Shown here piece by piece: positions 46,766-56,584 of a DNA stretch of 64,000 bases (its first letter is position 1; the number at the start of each line of letters is the position of its first letter). The translations under genes and the position numbers were made by a program. The notes beneath the pieces are model-generated. The model had not been told where the DNA came from, ran no database searches, and saw only the letters and a program-made list of their open reading frames with translations. Where the stretch lies: assembly GCA_039029535.1 (NCBI GenBank), contig JBCCFW010000006.1, forward strand, positions 26,429 to 90,428, in the 5' to 3' direction. Source of the stretch: Acidobacteriota bacterium. Lineage in GTDB: Bacteria > Acidobacteriota > JBCCFW01.

Positions 46766-48634
46766 TCAGGCCGACTGAACGTCGGCCTGGCCGTAACCGC
46801 GCCCGTATTGGAAGCGACCGTAGTAGCGACGGTTGAAGGCCTGCTTCATGTCGACCCCATTCAGGACGGCTCCAGCGACGCGAGCCCCCACTCCCTCGAG
46901 CCGCTTGGAGATGCGCGTGGCGGCGTCCCGATCGGTCTTGTCGTGCCTCAGGACCAGCACGACGTCTTGCACGACGTCGGCCAGGACGAGGGCGTCGGAG
47001 ACCGATCCAGCGGGCGGAGAGTCGACGATGAGCCAGTCGTGCTCGGCGCGCAGGGTGTCGAGGAGAGCGCGGAAACGCGGCATCCCCAGCACCTGCAAGG
47101 GGTTGGGCGGCAGCGGGCCCGTCGGCATCAGCGAAAGCCGCTGACCGAGCTCGACCACGTGGTCGCGCCAGTCGTCGTTCTCGTCGGCGATGAGGTGCCG
47201 GGTGAGGCCGCCCTTGGCCTGACCGGCCATGGCGCCGGTGAGCCCGGGTCGTCGGAGGTCGCCGTCGAGGAGGAGCACGGACGAGCCAGTCGAGGCCAGG
47301 GCCCGGGCGAGCTGGAGCGAGACGCTCGACTTGCCCTCGGCCGGAGCCGTCGACGTGATCAAGGCAGCGCCCTTTTGTCCTCCCGAGGCGAAGACCAGCC
47401 CCGTTCGGAGGGTCTGGTAGGCCTCCCGGCTGACCGCGTCGATCTCCTGCCCGTGCTTGGGGACCACCGCCAGGAGCGGCAGGCCCATCCCCTCCTCCAC
47501 GTGCTCGATCGAGCGCACGGAGGTATCGAGGTGATCCCGGAACAGGAGGATGCCCGAACCGAAGCCGAGCCCCACGATGGCCGCCAGGGCCAGGTTGAGG
47601 CTCAGGCGCGGAGCGAAAGGACGTCGAGGCTCCACCGCAGGATCGAGCACGGCACCCCGCGACTCCGCGAGCTGCGTGATGAGCGTGAGCTCCTGGATGG
47701 CCTCGAGCATGTTCTTCTGGATCTCTTCGTCGACCACGCGCTCGGGCTCGGCGACGAACTGCGAGTCCTCGGTGGCACCACCGATGGCGGCGAGCTCCTT
47801 CTCGAGCCGATCCCTCAGCGCCGCCACGGCCTCGTTGATCTGGCTGCGCACCTCACCGAGCTTGCGGTTGATCGCACGACGCTCGGGATGGTTGGGGCCG
47901 AAGATCGCCTCCTTCTCCCGAAGCTCGGTGCGGACCTCGCGCCACTGGTTCCGCAGGCTGTCGAAGCCGTCGCCCTCGGCCTCCTCGACCACCGTCAAGG
48001 TGAACACCTTGTCGGGATCGGGACGTCCCTCGAGCTCGGCGAGCTGATTGACGAGGAACTGCCGCCGGGCGCCACCGGTCGATCCGGCCGACGCCTTGAG
48101 ACTCTCGACGCGGGCAGAGCCTCGCTCCCGCTGCGACTCGAGCGTGACGTCGCAATAGGTGTCGACGACGGAGTTGGCCAGCAACGCGGCGCCCTCGGCG
48201 GAGAACCACACGGCTCTCACCCGGGCGACGTTGGTCTGCGGCACGCGCTCGACGCTCACCAGTCGACGGATGAGCTCGACTGGATCGCTGCTGTCCTGGA
48301 GATCGGGAAGCGCGTTGAGCAGGTCGTGTCGATCGAGCGCCTGCTGCAGGAGGCCCCGCGCCCGCATGCGGACGAACTCGGTCTTGAAGGCCTGGTCCTT
48401 GTCGAAGTACCCGCGCAGGTTGTCGCTCTCCCGCGCCGAGCCGAGCAGCCGACCACTGGACAGCCGGATCTCGAGCATCGCGGTCGCGCGATAGCGCTTC
48501 TTGACCGTGAAGGTGACGGCCACCGCGATGGCGGACGTCAGCAGCACGCAGAGGAAGAGCACCCAGCGACCACGCCAGAGGATGCCGGCGTAGTCCCAGG
48601 TGGTGGCTTGGCGACCCTGCTCCGGACTGCTCAC
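46766..48634 (-). CDS. wzc: Polysaccharide co-polymerase / BY-kinase (Wzc)
   Basis: Two TMs, EAYQTLRT, TSTAPAEGKS, DGDLRRP, DSPP, C-terminal Tyr cluster RYYGRFQYGRGY. Confidence 0.93.
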   Translation of the reverse strand: MSSPEQGRQATTWDYAGILWRGRWVLFLCVLLTSAIAVAVTFTVKKRYRATAMLEIRLSSGRLLGSARESDNLRGYFDKDQAFKTEFVRMRARGLLQQALDRHDLLNALPDLQDSSDPVELIRRLVSVERVPQTNVARVRAVWFSAEGAALLANSVVDTYCDVTLESQRERGSARVESLKASAGSTGGARRQFLVNQLAELEGRPDPDKVFTLTVVEEAEGDGFDSLRNQWREVRTELREKEAIFGPNHPERRAINRKLGEVRSQINEAVAALRDRLEKELAAIGGATEDSQFVAEPERVVDEEIQKNMLEAIQELTLITQLAESRGAVLDPAVEPRRPFAPRLSLNLALAAIVGLGFGSGILLFRDHLDTSVRSIEHVEEGMGLPLLAVVPKHGQEIDAVSREAYQTLRTGLVFASGGQKGAALITSTAPAEGKSSVSLQLARALASTGSSVLLLDGDLRRPGLTGAMAGQAKGGLTRHLIADENDDWRDHVVELGQRLSLMPTGPLPPNPLQVLGMPRFRALLDTLRAEHDWLIVDSPPAGSVSDALVLADVVQDVVLVLRHDKTDRDAATRISKRLEGVGARVAGAVLNGVDMKQAFNRRYYGRFQYGRGYGQADVQSA

Positions 48635-48637
48635 CGA

Positions 48638-49708
48638 TCAGATCTTTCTCTTGGGCACGAAGATGCGGTCACCCGGCTCGAGCGGGACGTCGGGATTCCC
48701 GCTGCGCACGATGTCTTGAACGTTGATCACCGTGAGCTGGCTGCCGCGAGTCAGGTGCACCTTCTTGAGGTTGCCCGGGAAGATGTCGGTCTCGACACCA
48801 CCGGCGACCATCACGGCATCCGACACGGTCATCCCCTCTTCCCAGTCGTAGCGTCCCGGCGTGGTCACGTGACCACCGACGGTCACCTTGTCACGAATGA
48901 ACGGAGCAACGATGACGTCGCCGGGAAGGATCTCCGGCGGCCAGGCGTCGTTGCTCTCGAGCTCCTTGAGCTGCACCGGGATCCGACGCTGACCCTGGGC
49001 ACGAAGGATGGTCAGCTTGCGCGGGGGCGGGCTGTCCTTGCGGAACCCACCGGCGAGGGCGAGGGCGGTCATGAGATGAGTGCCCTCCTCCAGCGGGTAG
49101 CAGTCGGGCTTGTCGACGCTGCCGCTGATGCAGAAGCGATCCGCGTGCGGCACGTCGATGGTGTCACGTGACTGGATCGAGAGGTCGGCGCGGCGCGCCG
49201 CCTGCGGGTCCGGCCCGAACAGCACGTCGCGACTGATGCTGACGATCTCGCCCGCGTGCCGTCGCACCTGGATGGCGGGGCCGGCCTTCTCGGCATCGAT
49301 GCCACCCGCCAGGGCGAGCATCTCGGTCAGCGTCGTCGGTCCGCTGAGATAGTGGAGCAGCGGCTGAGACACGGCGCCCTGGACCGACACGGGCTGGCTG
49401 CCGTACTCGGAGACGTTCACCGCCACCGTCGGCTTGTTGAAGATGCCTCCCTCGCGCAATCGCCGACGGATCTCGTCGGAGATGCTCGACGTCGGCATGC
49501 CGGCCACCTTGACGCGTCCGACCGAGACGACGTCGATGTGGCCGTCGCTGGGAACCTGGAGGTCTTGGTCGCTACCGACCCCCTCCCCACCACCGCTTGC
49601 GCGGATCGACACGGCGAGGACGTCTCCGGGGCCGACCAGGTAACTGCCCTGGGCGTGGGCCGATGCGGCCAGGGTCAGGCAGAGGAAGGTGAGCAAGCTC
49701 GAACGCAT
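48638..49708 (-). CDS. wza: OPX polysaccharide export protein (Poly_export plus 3 SLBB), lacking a lipobox and C-terminal helix
   Basis: YLVGPGDVL, VPSDGHI..VG.VKVAG, repeated LALAGG SLBB motifs, ends LEPGDRIFVPKRKI. Confidence 0.88.
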   Translation of the reverse strand: MRSSLLTFLCLTLAASAHAQGSYLVGPGDVLAVSIRASGGGEGVGSDQDLQVPSDGHIDVVSVGRVKVAGMPTSSISDEIRRRLREGGIFNKPTVAVNVSEYGSQPVSVQGAVSQPLLHYLSGPTTLTEMLALAGGIDAEKAGPAIQVRRHAGEIVSISRDVLFGPDPQAARRADLSIQSRDTIDVPHADRFCISGSVDKPDCYPLEEGTHLMTALALAGGFRKDSPPPRKLTILRAQGQRRIPVQLKELESNDAWPPEILPGDVIVAPFIRDKVTVGGHVTTPGRYDWEEGMTVSDAVMVAGGVETDIFPGNLKKVHLTRGSQLTVINVQDIVRSGNPDVPLEPGDRIFVPKRKI

Positions 49709-49971
49709 GGCAGGGAGTCCACTGGATGGTGGTTGCGGTGGGAGCGGACGACCGATCATGACAGGCCGGGCGCCTGATGCCATCAGGGCATGTTCAGCGT
49801 ACCTGGCCCCCTCGCCGAGAGGCCAGTCGAGACGGGCGAGCACCCGACCGCGACCTCCCCCATCAACCGGACCGCCGGAGGCTCCAAGTACCTGAGAAGA
49901 CGCCGGAGCCTACATGAAGTCGGGCCACTCGTGGGAGCGGAATCTCGACGAAGAGGCTCCAAGACAGAACA

Positions 49972-50001
49972 AAGGGGGTGATGCCGAAGCATCACCCCCT
50001 T
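49972..50001 (-). terminator. Intrinsic terminator after the beta-barrel gene
   Basis: Perfect 13-bp stem AAGGGGGTGATGC/GCATCACCCCCTT with C(UUCG)G loop, running into a U-rich tract (TTTGTTCT) on the minus strand. Confidence 0.8.
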
Positions 50002-50036
50002 GCGCCGGACCCGAGGGCCCGGAGACCGAAGCCGGA

Positions 50037-51341
50037 CTAGAAGCCGAGCTGGGCCTGGAAGATGATCAGGTTGTCCGTGTAGCCGAAGCCGACCAGGTTG
50101 GACTCACGCTCCTCGTAGCGGTAGTTGAACCGCAGCGAGAGGTGCTCGAGCGGGTGGTAACCGAGCTCGGCGCGGAGCGACGTGATGTCGTCCTCGCGCT
50201 CGGAGAAGCCACCACGGCCGGTCGGAGCGAGCTGGTCGTAGGTGTTGCGCTGGAAGGCGCCCTTGAGCGACCAGAAGACACGACCACCCTGCGGCTGCTG
50301 GGTGAAGGTCACCGCACCACGGTTGGACACGTAGTAGGTGTTCCAGACAGGGCTACCGCCGACATCAGTGGCGAAGCCAGAGAAGTTGACGTTGCGGTTC
50401 GCGCTGAAGGCGAGCTTGGAGTAGCGCGAGAAGGCCTTGGTGATGGCCGCATCGAGCGTGACGCCGTCCCAGTCCGCGTTGTTACCGGCGTTCTGGTCGT
50501 AGTCGAGGCTCGCGAAGCCGATCTTGGCCGAACCGGTCGTCGTGCGACCGAGCTCACCGGCGAAGCCGAAGTGGACACCGAGACGGTTCGAGTTGGGGTC
50601 GACACCGTTCGGGATGCCCGCGGTGGAGCGGAGAGCGCCAGTCGGAGTCTGGCTCGTGTCGGCGAAGCTGATGCCGACGACGAAACGCGACAGCGGCGTG
50701 AACTTGTAGGCGTACTCGGCGCCGAAGGTGGTCTCGTTCAGCTCGAACCAGGACGGAGCCGAGGTGGCCAGGTCATCCCAGTTGGAGTCGAAGCGACCGA
50801 CGCTGATGGTCGCGCCCTGGGTGCTGCCTTCCCAGTTGAAGTCGACGTTGAGGCGGTTGCTCCAGAAACGCGAACCAGCGCGGTTGAGAAGCTCACCACG
50901 GTTCGGGTCGATGGAGTCGACTTCGAGGCTGCCCAGCGCGTACGAGTTGGCGATGTCGACGGAGAACACCGACGAGCCATGCAGGTGCGCCTGGAGATCG
51001 AAGAAGTGAGACGTGCTGTCCTGGAGATCGAAGCTCCCCTGGTTGACGTTCACGTTGCGGTACTGCGGCGAGTACTCCAAGCGGAGGTTGTGCCGAGCAC
51101 CGGGAATCTCGAGAGCAAAGTTGGCGCGCGCCAAGAAGCTGTCGGCGCTGACCTCGTTGAACTCCGAGAGGAAGAAGTTGTCGTCGTGCTGGTAAACCAG
51201 CTCGAGCGACGGGTAGAAGATGGCGTGACTGCTCTGGATGCCTTCCAAGGCCTGAGCCTCGGGGTTGGCAACGAGAACCAGGGCGGCGGTAGCGACACCG
51301 GCGACGACGGCCGACCTCGTCCTAGACCAGCTAGCGAACAT
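50037..51341 (-). CDS. Outer-membrane beta-barrel associated with polysaccharide export (EpsX/Wzp-like)
   Basis: AAGGAGG RBS, signal peptide, YQHDDNFF motif, alternating strands, C-terminal QAQLGF. Confidence 0.85.
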   Translation of the reverse strand: MFASWSRTRSAVVAGVATAALVLVANPEAQALEGIQSSHAIFYPSLELVYQHDDNFFLSEFNEVSADSFLARANFALEIPGARHNLRLEYSPQYRNVNVNQGSFDLQDSTSHFFDLQAHLHGSSVFSVDIANSYALGSLEVDSIDPNRGELLNRAGSRFWSNRLNVDFNWEGSTQGATISVGRFDSNWDDLATSAPSWFELNETTFGAEYAYKFTPLSRFVVGISFADTSQTPTGALRSTAGIPNGVDPNSNRLGVHFGFAGELGRTTTGSAKIGFASLDYDQNAGNNADWDGVTLDAAITKAFSRYSKLAFSANRNVNFSGFATDVGGSPVWNTYYVSNRGAVTFTQQPQGGRVFWSLKGAFQRNTYDQLAPTGRGGFSEREDDITSLRAELGYHPLEHLSLRFNYRYEERESNLVGFGYTDNLIIFQAQLGF

Positions 51342-51448
51342 CAAGTCCTCCTTGCGGACGCGAACACCCCAGGCAGTCAGTGGCCGGGTTTCTCGTAAGC
51401 CTTGACGAATCAGGCAGTTGCGTCTGTCTGGCAAGCGATTCGGTGCCA

Positions 51449-51478
51449 ACTCTATCCGAGGTCTTCGGAGGGTGTCAA
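51449..51478 (-). promoter_or_regulatory. Putative sigma70 promoter for the barrel gene
   Basis: Minus strand TTGACA-N18-TAGAGT in a lower-GC intergenic region. Confidence 0.6.
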
Positions 51479-51610
51479 GGCCGTTCTCGACACTTCCTAG
51501 GACCTTTTTTCGAGCTTTTGGGGATCGACGCAATCACGCTTCTCTCAATGCGTTGCAAGGCCTACTTCGGGAGCCGAAAACCACGCCCCGAAGTGACTCT
51601 CCAAGCTCCG

Positions 51611-52741
51611 TCAACCGATGCGATTCAGGATTTCTTCGTGCTCGGAGGAGTGGAGGCCTAGAAAACGGGGCAAAACGCTCATTCGGCGTTGCCAGGAACG
51701 CAGCATCGAGGGCTCCAGGGCCCCGAGACGAGCCAGACAATCGTCACGACGTCGCAGGTCGAGACGCAGGCCGACGTCCCACTCTTCGAAACGCCGCGCA
51801 TCAGGCGTTCCTTCCTGCAACACGACGGGACGCGCGAAGTGAAGGGCCTCATAGCCGCGTGTCGCACGGGCCCAAAGCGCGTTGCTCTTCCCGTGGAGAT
51901 GTGCGGCCCAGCACAGGTCGATGGGTTCCATCAGCTCGGCGAGGTCCTCCGGGCTGCGGTAAGGCCCCTCCCATCGGAACCCCGGCGTCGTCTCGAGCTC
52001 GGCTTCCGTGATCACCGGTGGGCACGCCACGCCTCGGACGTGCACCTCGAAACGATCCGGCCAGCGCGTCACGAGCTCTCGCAGCAGCTCCAAGCTGCGT
52101 CGACAACGCAGCAGCCCGTGCCAGCCGATGCGCAGGCGCCCCTCCCCCCTCGCCGTGAACGGGGCCGGCGACAGCGGACCGCCGAGCGGCTGCATCAGCT
52201 TGTTCTCAATCACCATCAATTGCGATGGTTGCAAGCCCTGCTGCTCCACGAACCAGCTCTCGGCGAACTCCGGCGACGTCGTCACGACGCAGCGCGCCCG
52301 ACGGAGGACGAAGCGCTCGAGCCAGCGCAGGACCCACCCGGACGGTCCGGAACGGAGCAGCGGCTCGCGCACGTCGGCGACCTCCACCACCAACGGCGGC
52401 GGCGCAGGCAACCCCCTCCCGGCCAACCAAGCTAGGAGACCGAGGTCGGAGCCGAAGGCCATCACCGCTCGGGCGTGGCGCAGCTCGCGACGGATCCGGG
52501 GCAGGGCGCGAAGGTAGGGACCCAGCCTTCGCAGCAGACGCCCTTCCTCCACCAGCCCGAGCCGCTCGACGCGGGGAGGCCAGCCCTCGACCACGCCTGT
52601 CTCTCGTTCGAAGCCCAGGGAGACGGTGCTGGCGCCGGCTCGCTCCAGCAGGGCCCGCCGCTTCATCAGACGCGCGTCGCCGAGCACCGGCAGGAGCAGG
52701 ACGACGGGAAGCGGCGTCGCCCTGGGCCGGCCCTGCGTCAC
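51611..52741 (-). CDS. ExoL-like glycosyltransferase
   Basis: RRALLERAGASTVSLGFER, EVADV, TTSPEF, IENKL, IGWHGLLRCRRS, GPYRSPEDL. Confidence 0.8.
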   Translation of the reverse strand: MTQGRPRATPLPVVLLLPVLGDARLMKRRALLERAGASTVSLGFERETGVVEGWPPRVERLGLVEEGRLLRRLGPYLRALPRIRRELRHARAVMAFGSDLGLLAWLAGRGLPAPPPLVVEVADVREPLLRSGPSGWVLRWLERFVLRRARCVVTTSPEFAESWFVEQQGLQPSQLMVIENKLMQPLGGPLSPAPFTARGEGRLRIGWHGLLRCRRSLELLRELVTRWPDRFEVHVRGVACPPVITEAELETTPGFRWEGPYRSPEDLAELMEPIDLCWAAHLHGKSNALWARATRGYEALHFARPVVLQEGTPDARRFEEWDVGLRLDLRRRDDCLARLGALEPSMLRSWQRRMSVLPRFLGLHSSEHEEILNRIG

Positions 52742-54087
52742 GAAGCGATCTCGACGGCCTCGTGCTGCCGACGTCGGAAGAGCGCGGCCAACCCGAGGCC
52801 CATCCAGGCCATGAGCGGAACGGCGAAGGGCAGGAAGTAACGCGGCTCGGCGTGCAGGGGAAGGTGCGAGACGAGACCGACGAAGGGCACCGACCCGACG
52901 CACCAGGCGGCGACCCGCAGCGAGGCCTCACCCGAACGCAGGCCGACCCAGGCGCCCCAACCGACGAGGCCCCAGAAGAGCGGAGTCCATCCCAGGGTGA
53001 AGAGGAGATGGAACGGACGCTCGCTCAACGCGCGAAACGCCGCTCGGATGGCGCCGGACTGTCGCGGCAGACCCGGGTTCTCGTTGCGAACGCGTTCGAG
53101 CTGCTCACGCAGGCCGACACCGCCCGGCCACAGCGGCCCCGGGTGCAGGGAGAGCAGGACGGGAATGCGCTTGAGACAGCCGAGCCCCCAGGTCACCGGC
53201 TGGGCGCGGATCAGCTCCAGGGCGCGACGTCGTCGCTCCGCGTCGCGCTGACCGGGGTTGGGCCAGTACGTCGCCGAGTGCCCTTCCTGCGCGGAGATGT
53301 TGCGGTCGCCGTAGGGAGCGTCCGGTCCGGACACGGACTCGCCGAAGCCTTGCAGCAAGTTGTTGCCGAGCCCGCAGGTCACGAAGAAGCCGTCGGCCAC
53401 GCGTGCGTTGCGAGCGCCCCAGCTCAACGCCAGCGTGAGGAACACGACCACGAACGGCAGCATCGTGCGCGCGATCTCCTTCGACGGCACGCGCAGCCCG
53501 AGCAGGGCCAGCCAGGTCGCCGGCGCGACGATCATGTTGTCGGGACGCAAGACCGCGGCCAGCACGCCGAGCAACGCGAGCTCGATGCCACGACGCCAGG
53601 TCCGCTCCTCGACGAAGCGGAAGGTGGCCAGGGTGACGAGGACGAGCGCGAGACCGCAGCACCCCGTCTCCAGGAGCTCGCCGTCGCTGCGCCACCACGG
53701 CGGCCACAGCGCGTGAAGCAGCCCCGTCGCCCAGCCGACCCACTCCCCTCCGAGCCGACGGCCCAGGAGGACGAGAAGGACCGAGGTCGCTCCGCCGATG
53801 AGACAGTGCAGCGGACGCAGGGCCACGGTCTCTTCGCCGACCAGCGCGCGGAAGAAGAAGAGCAGCACGGGATAGCCCGGCAAGCGCTCGACGTAGGGGA
53901 TGACTTCACCCGAGCTGCTCACCCACAAGGTGAAGCCGCGTCCCTCGGCGAGGAAGCGAGCGACCAGCAGGTACTTGCTGGTGAGCCCCTGCATGGCCGG
54001 CGTCGGATCGACGACGAACCAGTACAACCAGCGAGCCAACGCCGACAGCAGCCCCAGGCCGAGCAATGAGATCCAGGGGCGCTTCAT
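52738..54087 (-). CDS. GT-C (ArnT/PMT-like) membrane glycosyltransferase
   Basis: Y..VARFLAEGRG, RLPGYP, LLET, LRP, EPRYFLP; multiple TMs. Confidence 0.75.
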   Translation of the reverse strand: MKRPWISLLGLGLLSALARWLYWFVVDPTPAMQGLTSKYLLVARFLAEGRGFTLWVSSSGEVIPYVERLPGYPVLLFFFRALVGEETVALRPLHCLIGGATSVLLVLLGRRLGGEWVGWATGLLHALWPPWWRSDGELLETGCCGLALVLVTLATFRFVEERTWRRGIELALLGVLAAVLRPDNMIVAPATWLALLGLRVPSKEIARTMLPFVVVFLTLALSWGARNARVADGFFVTCGLGNNLLQGFGESVSGPDAPYGDRNISAQEGHSATYWPNPGQRDAERRRRALELIRAQPVTWGLGCLKRIPVLLSLHPGPLWPGGVGLREQLERVRNENPGLPRQSGAIRAAFRALSERPFHLLFTLGWTPLFWGLVGWGAWVGLRSGEASLRVAAWCVGSVPFVGLVSHLPLHAEPRYFLPFAVPLMAWMGLGLAALFRRRQHEAVEIAS

Positions 54088-55199
54088 CGTCGAGCTCGCA
54101 AGAGCGCGAGGGCGTGACGCCCCACGCGTGACGCCGTGCCGCCCAGGCTTCGTTCCGACGACGTCCCCAGGACGCCCCGGACCAGTGCTCGAGCCGAGGT
54201 CAGGGAGCGCTCGTGCCAGAGCGCCGCCGAGAAGCGACGAGTCAGTCGGCGCGGTCGCGGTGTTCCGTCCTCCGCGAGCCCCCGCACGAGCTCACCGTTC
54301 GACAGGCGCAGGGCGAGAGCTCTCCGCCAGGGCGCCGCCCGTGGCGCGACGGCCTTCGGCCAGGCGGGAGCCCCGGCCACGCCGGCCAGTGTCCACGTGG
54401 ATCGCGCCAGCGCGCCGAGCCCGCGTCGATCGGCCTCGTCGCAGAGCTCGGCGACGCCCTCCTCCCCACGCTCGTCGACGAGACGACGGGAGAGCAGGGC
54501 GAGATCGCGCAGCGTCGGCCAGGTCTTGGCGCCGTCCTGCTCGAACAAGATCAGGTGAAAAGATTGCAAGAGAAAAGCATCCACGAGACCGGGAAGCTGA
54601 AGCCCCGGCACGCCCGCCTCGACACCGCGTTCGAAGAAGCGCCCGACCTGCAGGTCGAAGGGATGAGGCGGGGGGAAGAGATCGAGGTGCAGCTCGAGAC
54701 AGAGTCCCTCTCCCCCGTCGACGCCGCCCGTCTCGAGACGCCACACGGTGTGCAAGGCGGTGTCGTGACCGGTACGGCGAAAGCCGGCCGTCGTCAGGGC
54801 CGCCTCGGCCGGTGCCACCTGCTCGGGCAGGACGACCAGGTCGAGATCGGACATGGGTCGGCGACCCAGCTCACCGTGGGTGAGCCGCACCACGGCCTCG
54901 CCCTTGTAGAGCTGAGCGACGACGCCCTCGGCATGCAGCGCCGCACCGACGCGCTCGACCGCCGCACGACGTCTCCGTCCCAACACCTCCACCCGTCCCC
55001 GCTCGATCGCAAGACGCGTCTGCGCCTCCATCGAGAGCGCCTTCCGCGCCGGCAGGGCCGACAGCTCCGGCACGAGACGACGCTCGGTCAGGAACTCGAG
55101 CCAGGCCTCCTCCTCCGACGTGCTGAGCGGCTCGAGCGTCTCGTCGTTCAGGGCCCGACGGGTGAGCTCTCCCAGCGGGCTCAGGCGAGGACTCGTCAC
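54084..55199 (-). CDS. Nucleotidyltransferase family protein (NTP_transf_5-like)
   Basis: YKG...RPMSDLDLVV, LELH, LRDL; GTG start overlapping the upstream stop. Confidence 0.8.
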   Translation of the reverse strand: MTSPRLSPLGELTRRALNDETLEPLSTSEEEAWLEFLTERRLVPELSALPARKALSMEAQTRLAIERGRVEVLGRRRRAAVERVGAALHAEGVVAQLYKGEAVVRLTHGELGRRPMSDLDLVVLPEQVAPAEAALTTAGFRRTGHDTALHTVWRLETGGVDGGEGLCLELHLDLFPPPHPFDLQVGRFFERGVEAGVPGLQLPGLVDAFLLQSFHLILFEQDGAKTWPTLRDLALLSRRLVDERGEEGVAELCDEADRRGLGALARSTWTLAGVAGAPAWPKAVAPRAAPWRRALALRLSNGELVRGLAEDGTPRPRRLTRRFSAALWHERSLTSARALVRGVLGTSSERSLGGTASRVGRHALALLRARR

Positions 55200-56584
55200 G
55201 GAGGGGCGACGCCGGACTTCGGCGTCATGCCGGACAGCCGCACGATGAGCGCCAGCGTCATCCAGAACGGCAGCGACCAGGGGTTGCCCACGGAGAGCAG
55301 CGTGGTCTCGACCGCGCCGTGCAGGGCGGTCCCTGTCGCGCTCGCGGTGAGGGCGAGGGCGAGCAGGCCGTGGGTGCCGTGACGATCGCGCAGGTAGCAG
55401 CGGATTCCGGCGAAGAGGCATGCCGCGATCACGAGCACCATCAGGCTGGTCCCGATGAGGCCGATGTTCATGTAGGCCTCGAGGTAGCTGCTGTGCACGG
55501 CGGGCAACGGCCCCCTCTTCGAGTCGAGACCGTAGAGACCGAACAGGTTGTCCCCCACCCCGAACCCGTGGCCCAGCCAGTGACGGTTCTGTCCTATCGC
55601 GATGGCCACCGCCCAGATCAGCGTGCGGTTCGACAGGGTCCAGAGCGTGTCGAAGCGCACCTGCTTGTCGAGCACGGCGACCATGACGTCCTGGAACTCG
55701 TGGCCCAGGCTCGCGACCACCAACGCCACCGTGGACAGAATGAGCCCACCGACCATCGAGAGCTGGAAGACCCGCATCGGCCAGCGACAGGCCGCGTAGA
55801 GACCGATGCCGATCATCGCCCCGACGAGGGCGCCCCGCGACCCACAGAGCAGGGCGCAGAGCACCGCACAGACCAGCAAGAAGCGGGTGAAGCGACGACG
55901 CATCGGACGCGGCTCGGTCAGCGACAGCGCGAACAGCAGCGGCAGCGCAGCACCGCAGAAGAAGCCCAGCGAGTTGGGGTTGGAGAAGACCCCACGGAAG
56001 CGGCTGAGACCGCCACCCCACGAGGAGCCCAGCGGCGCGACGAGCAGGCTGAGCGGAAACACCGCCCAGAGCCAGTCGACGTGGACGTCGACCAGCGCTC
56101 GCAGCCGTTCGAAGCGTCCGGCATGGGCCCAGGCCCCGATCCACGCCACGCAGATCGCGACGCCGAACACGCCGGCCTTTTGGAAGCTCTGAACCGGTTG
56201 GATCGACCAGTCGATCGACCAGACACAGAGCCCGAGGAAGCTGCCGACGAGGAGGTGGTACCGCCCCGGCCAGGGCTTCTCCGGCAACCAGACGATGACT
56301 GTCATGGCCGACACGCCCGCCATCGCGAAGAGGGCGTGCCACTTCCGGACGTCGGCCTCGTCCACGACGAAGCCGAGACGCCACTGCCCCAGGGCCGAGA
56401 TCGAGATCGCCAGGAGATAGAAGTCCTGGAAGCGCCAGCGTCGGAGCAGGACGTGCAGCGTGAACAGGGCCGTCAGGACCAGCGGCTTGCTCTCACCGGT
56501 GGCCACCGCCCAGCCCATCGCCGCCGAGGTGGCCGCGATGGAGAGTCCGACGAGCAGCTCGAAGCGACGCTCGATGAAGCTCAC
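55196..56584 (-). CDS. O-antigen ligase / Wzy-type polymerase
   Basis: RFRGVFSNPNSLG, GSRGA, LSNRTLIW, WLGHG, HSSYLE, GLIG. Confidence 0.87.
   Translation of the reverse strand: MSFIERRFELLVGLSIAATSAAMGWAVATGESKPLVLTALFTLHVLLRRWRFQDFYLLAISISALGQWRLGFVVDEADVRKWHALFAMAGVSAMTVIVWLPEKPWPGRYHLLVGSFLGLCVWSIDWSIQPVQSFQKAGVFGVAICVAWIGAWAHAGRFERLRALVDVHVDWLWAVFPLSLLVAPLGSSWGGGLSRFRGVFSNPNSLGFFCGAALPLLFALSLTEPRPMRRRFTRFLLVCAVLCALLCGSRGALVGAMIGIGLYAACRWPMRVFQLSMVGGLILSTVALVVASLGHEFQDVMVAVLDKQVRFDTLWTLSNRTLIWAVAIAIGQNRHWLGHGFGVGDNLFGLYGLDSKRGPLPAVHSSYLEAYMNIGLIGTSLMVLVIAACLFAGIRCYLRDRHGTHGLLALALTASATGTALHGAVETTLLSVGNPWSLPFWMTLALIVRLSGMTPKSGVAPP

Noticed and set aside
49901-49925. Further copy of the palindromic element (CGGAGCCTACATGA)
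   Set aside because: Only about 14 nt match; the paired GTAGG arm and flanking blocks are missing.
51431-51449. Sigma54 promoter (TGGCAC...GC) for the barrel gene
   Set aside because: GG-to-GC spacing is 9 or 13 nt, not the required 10.
54084-55199. Lasso-peptide or other RiPP cluster
   Set aside because: No precursor, PqqD/RRE, cyclase or B-protein gene is present in the window.
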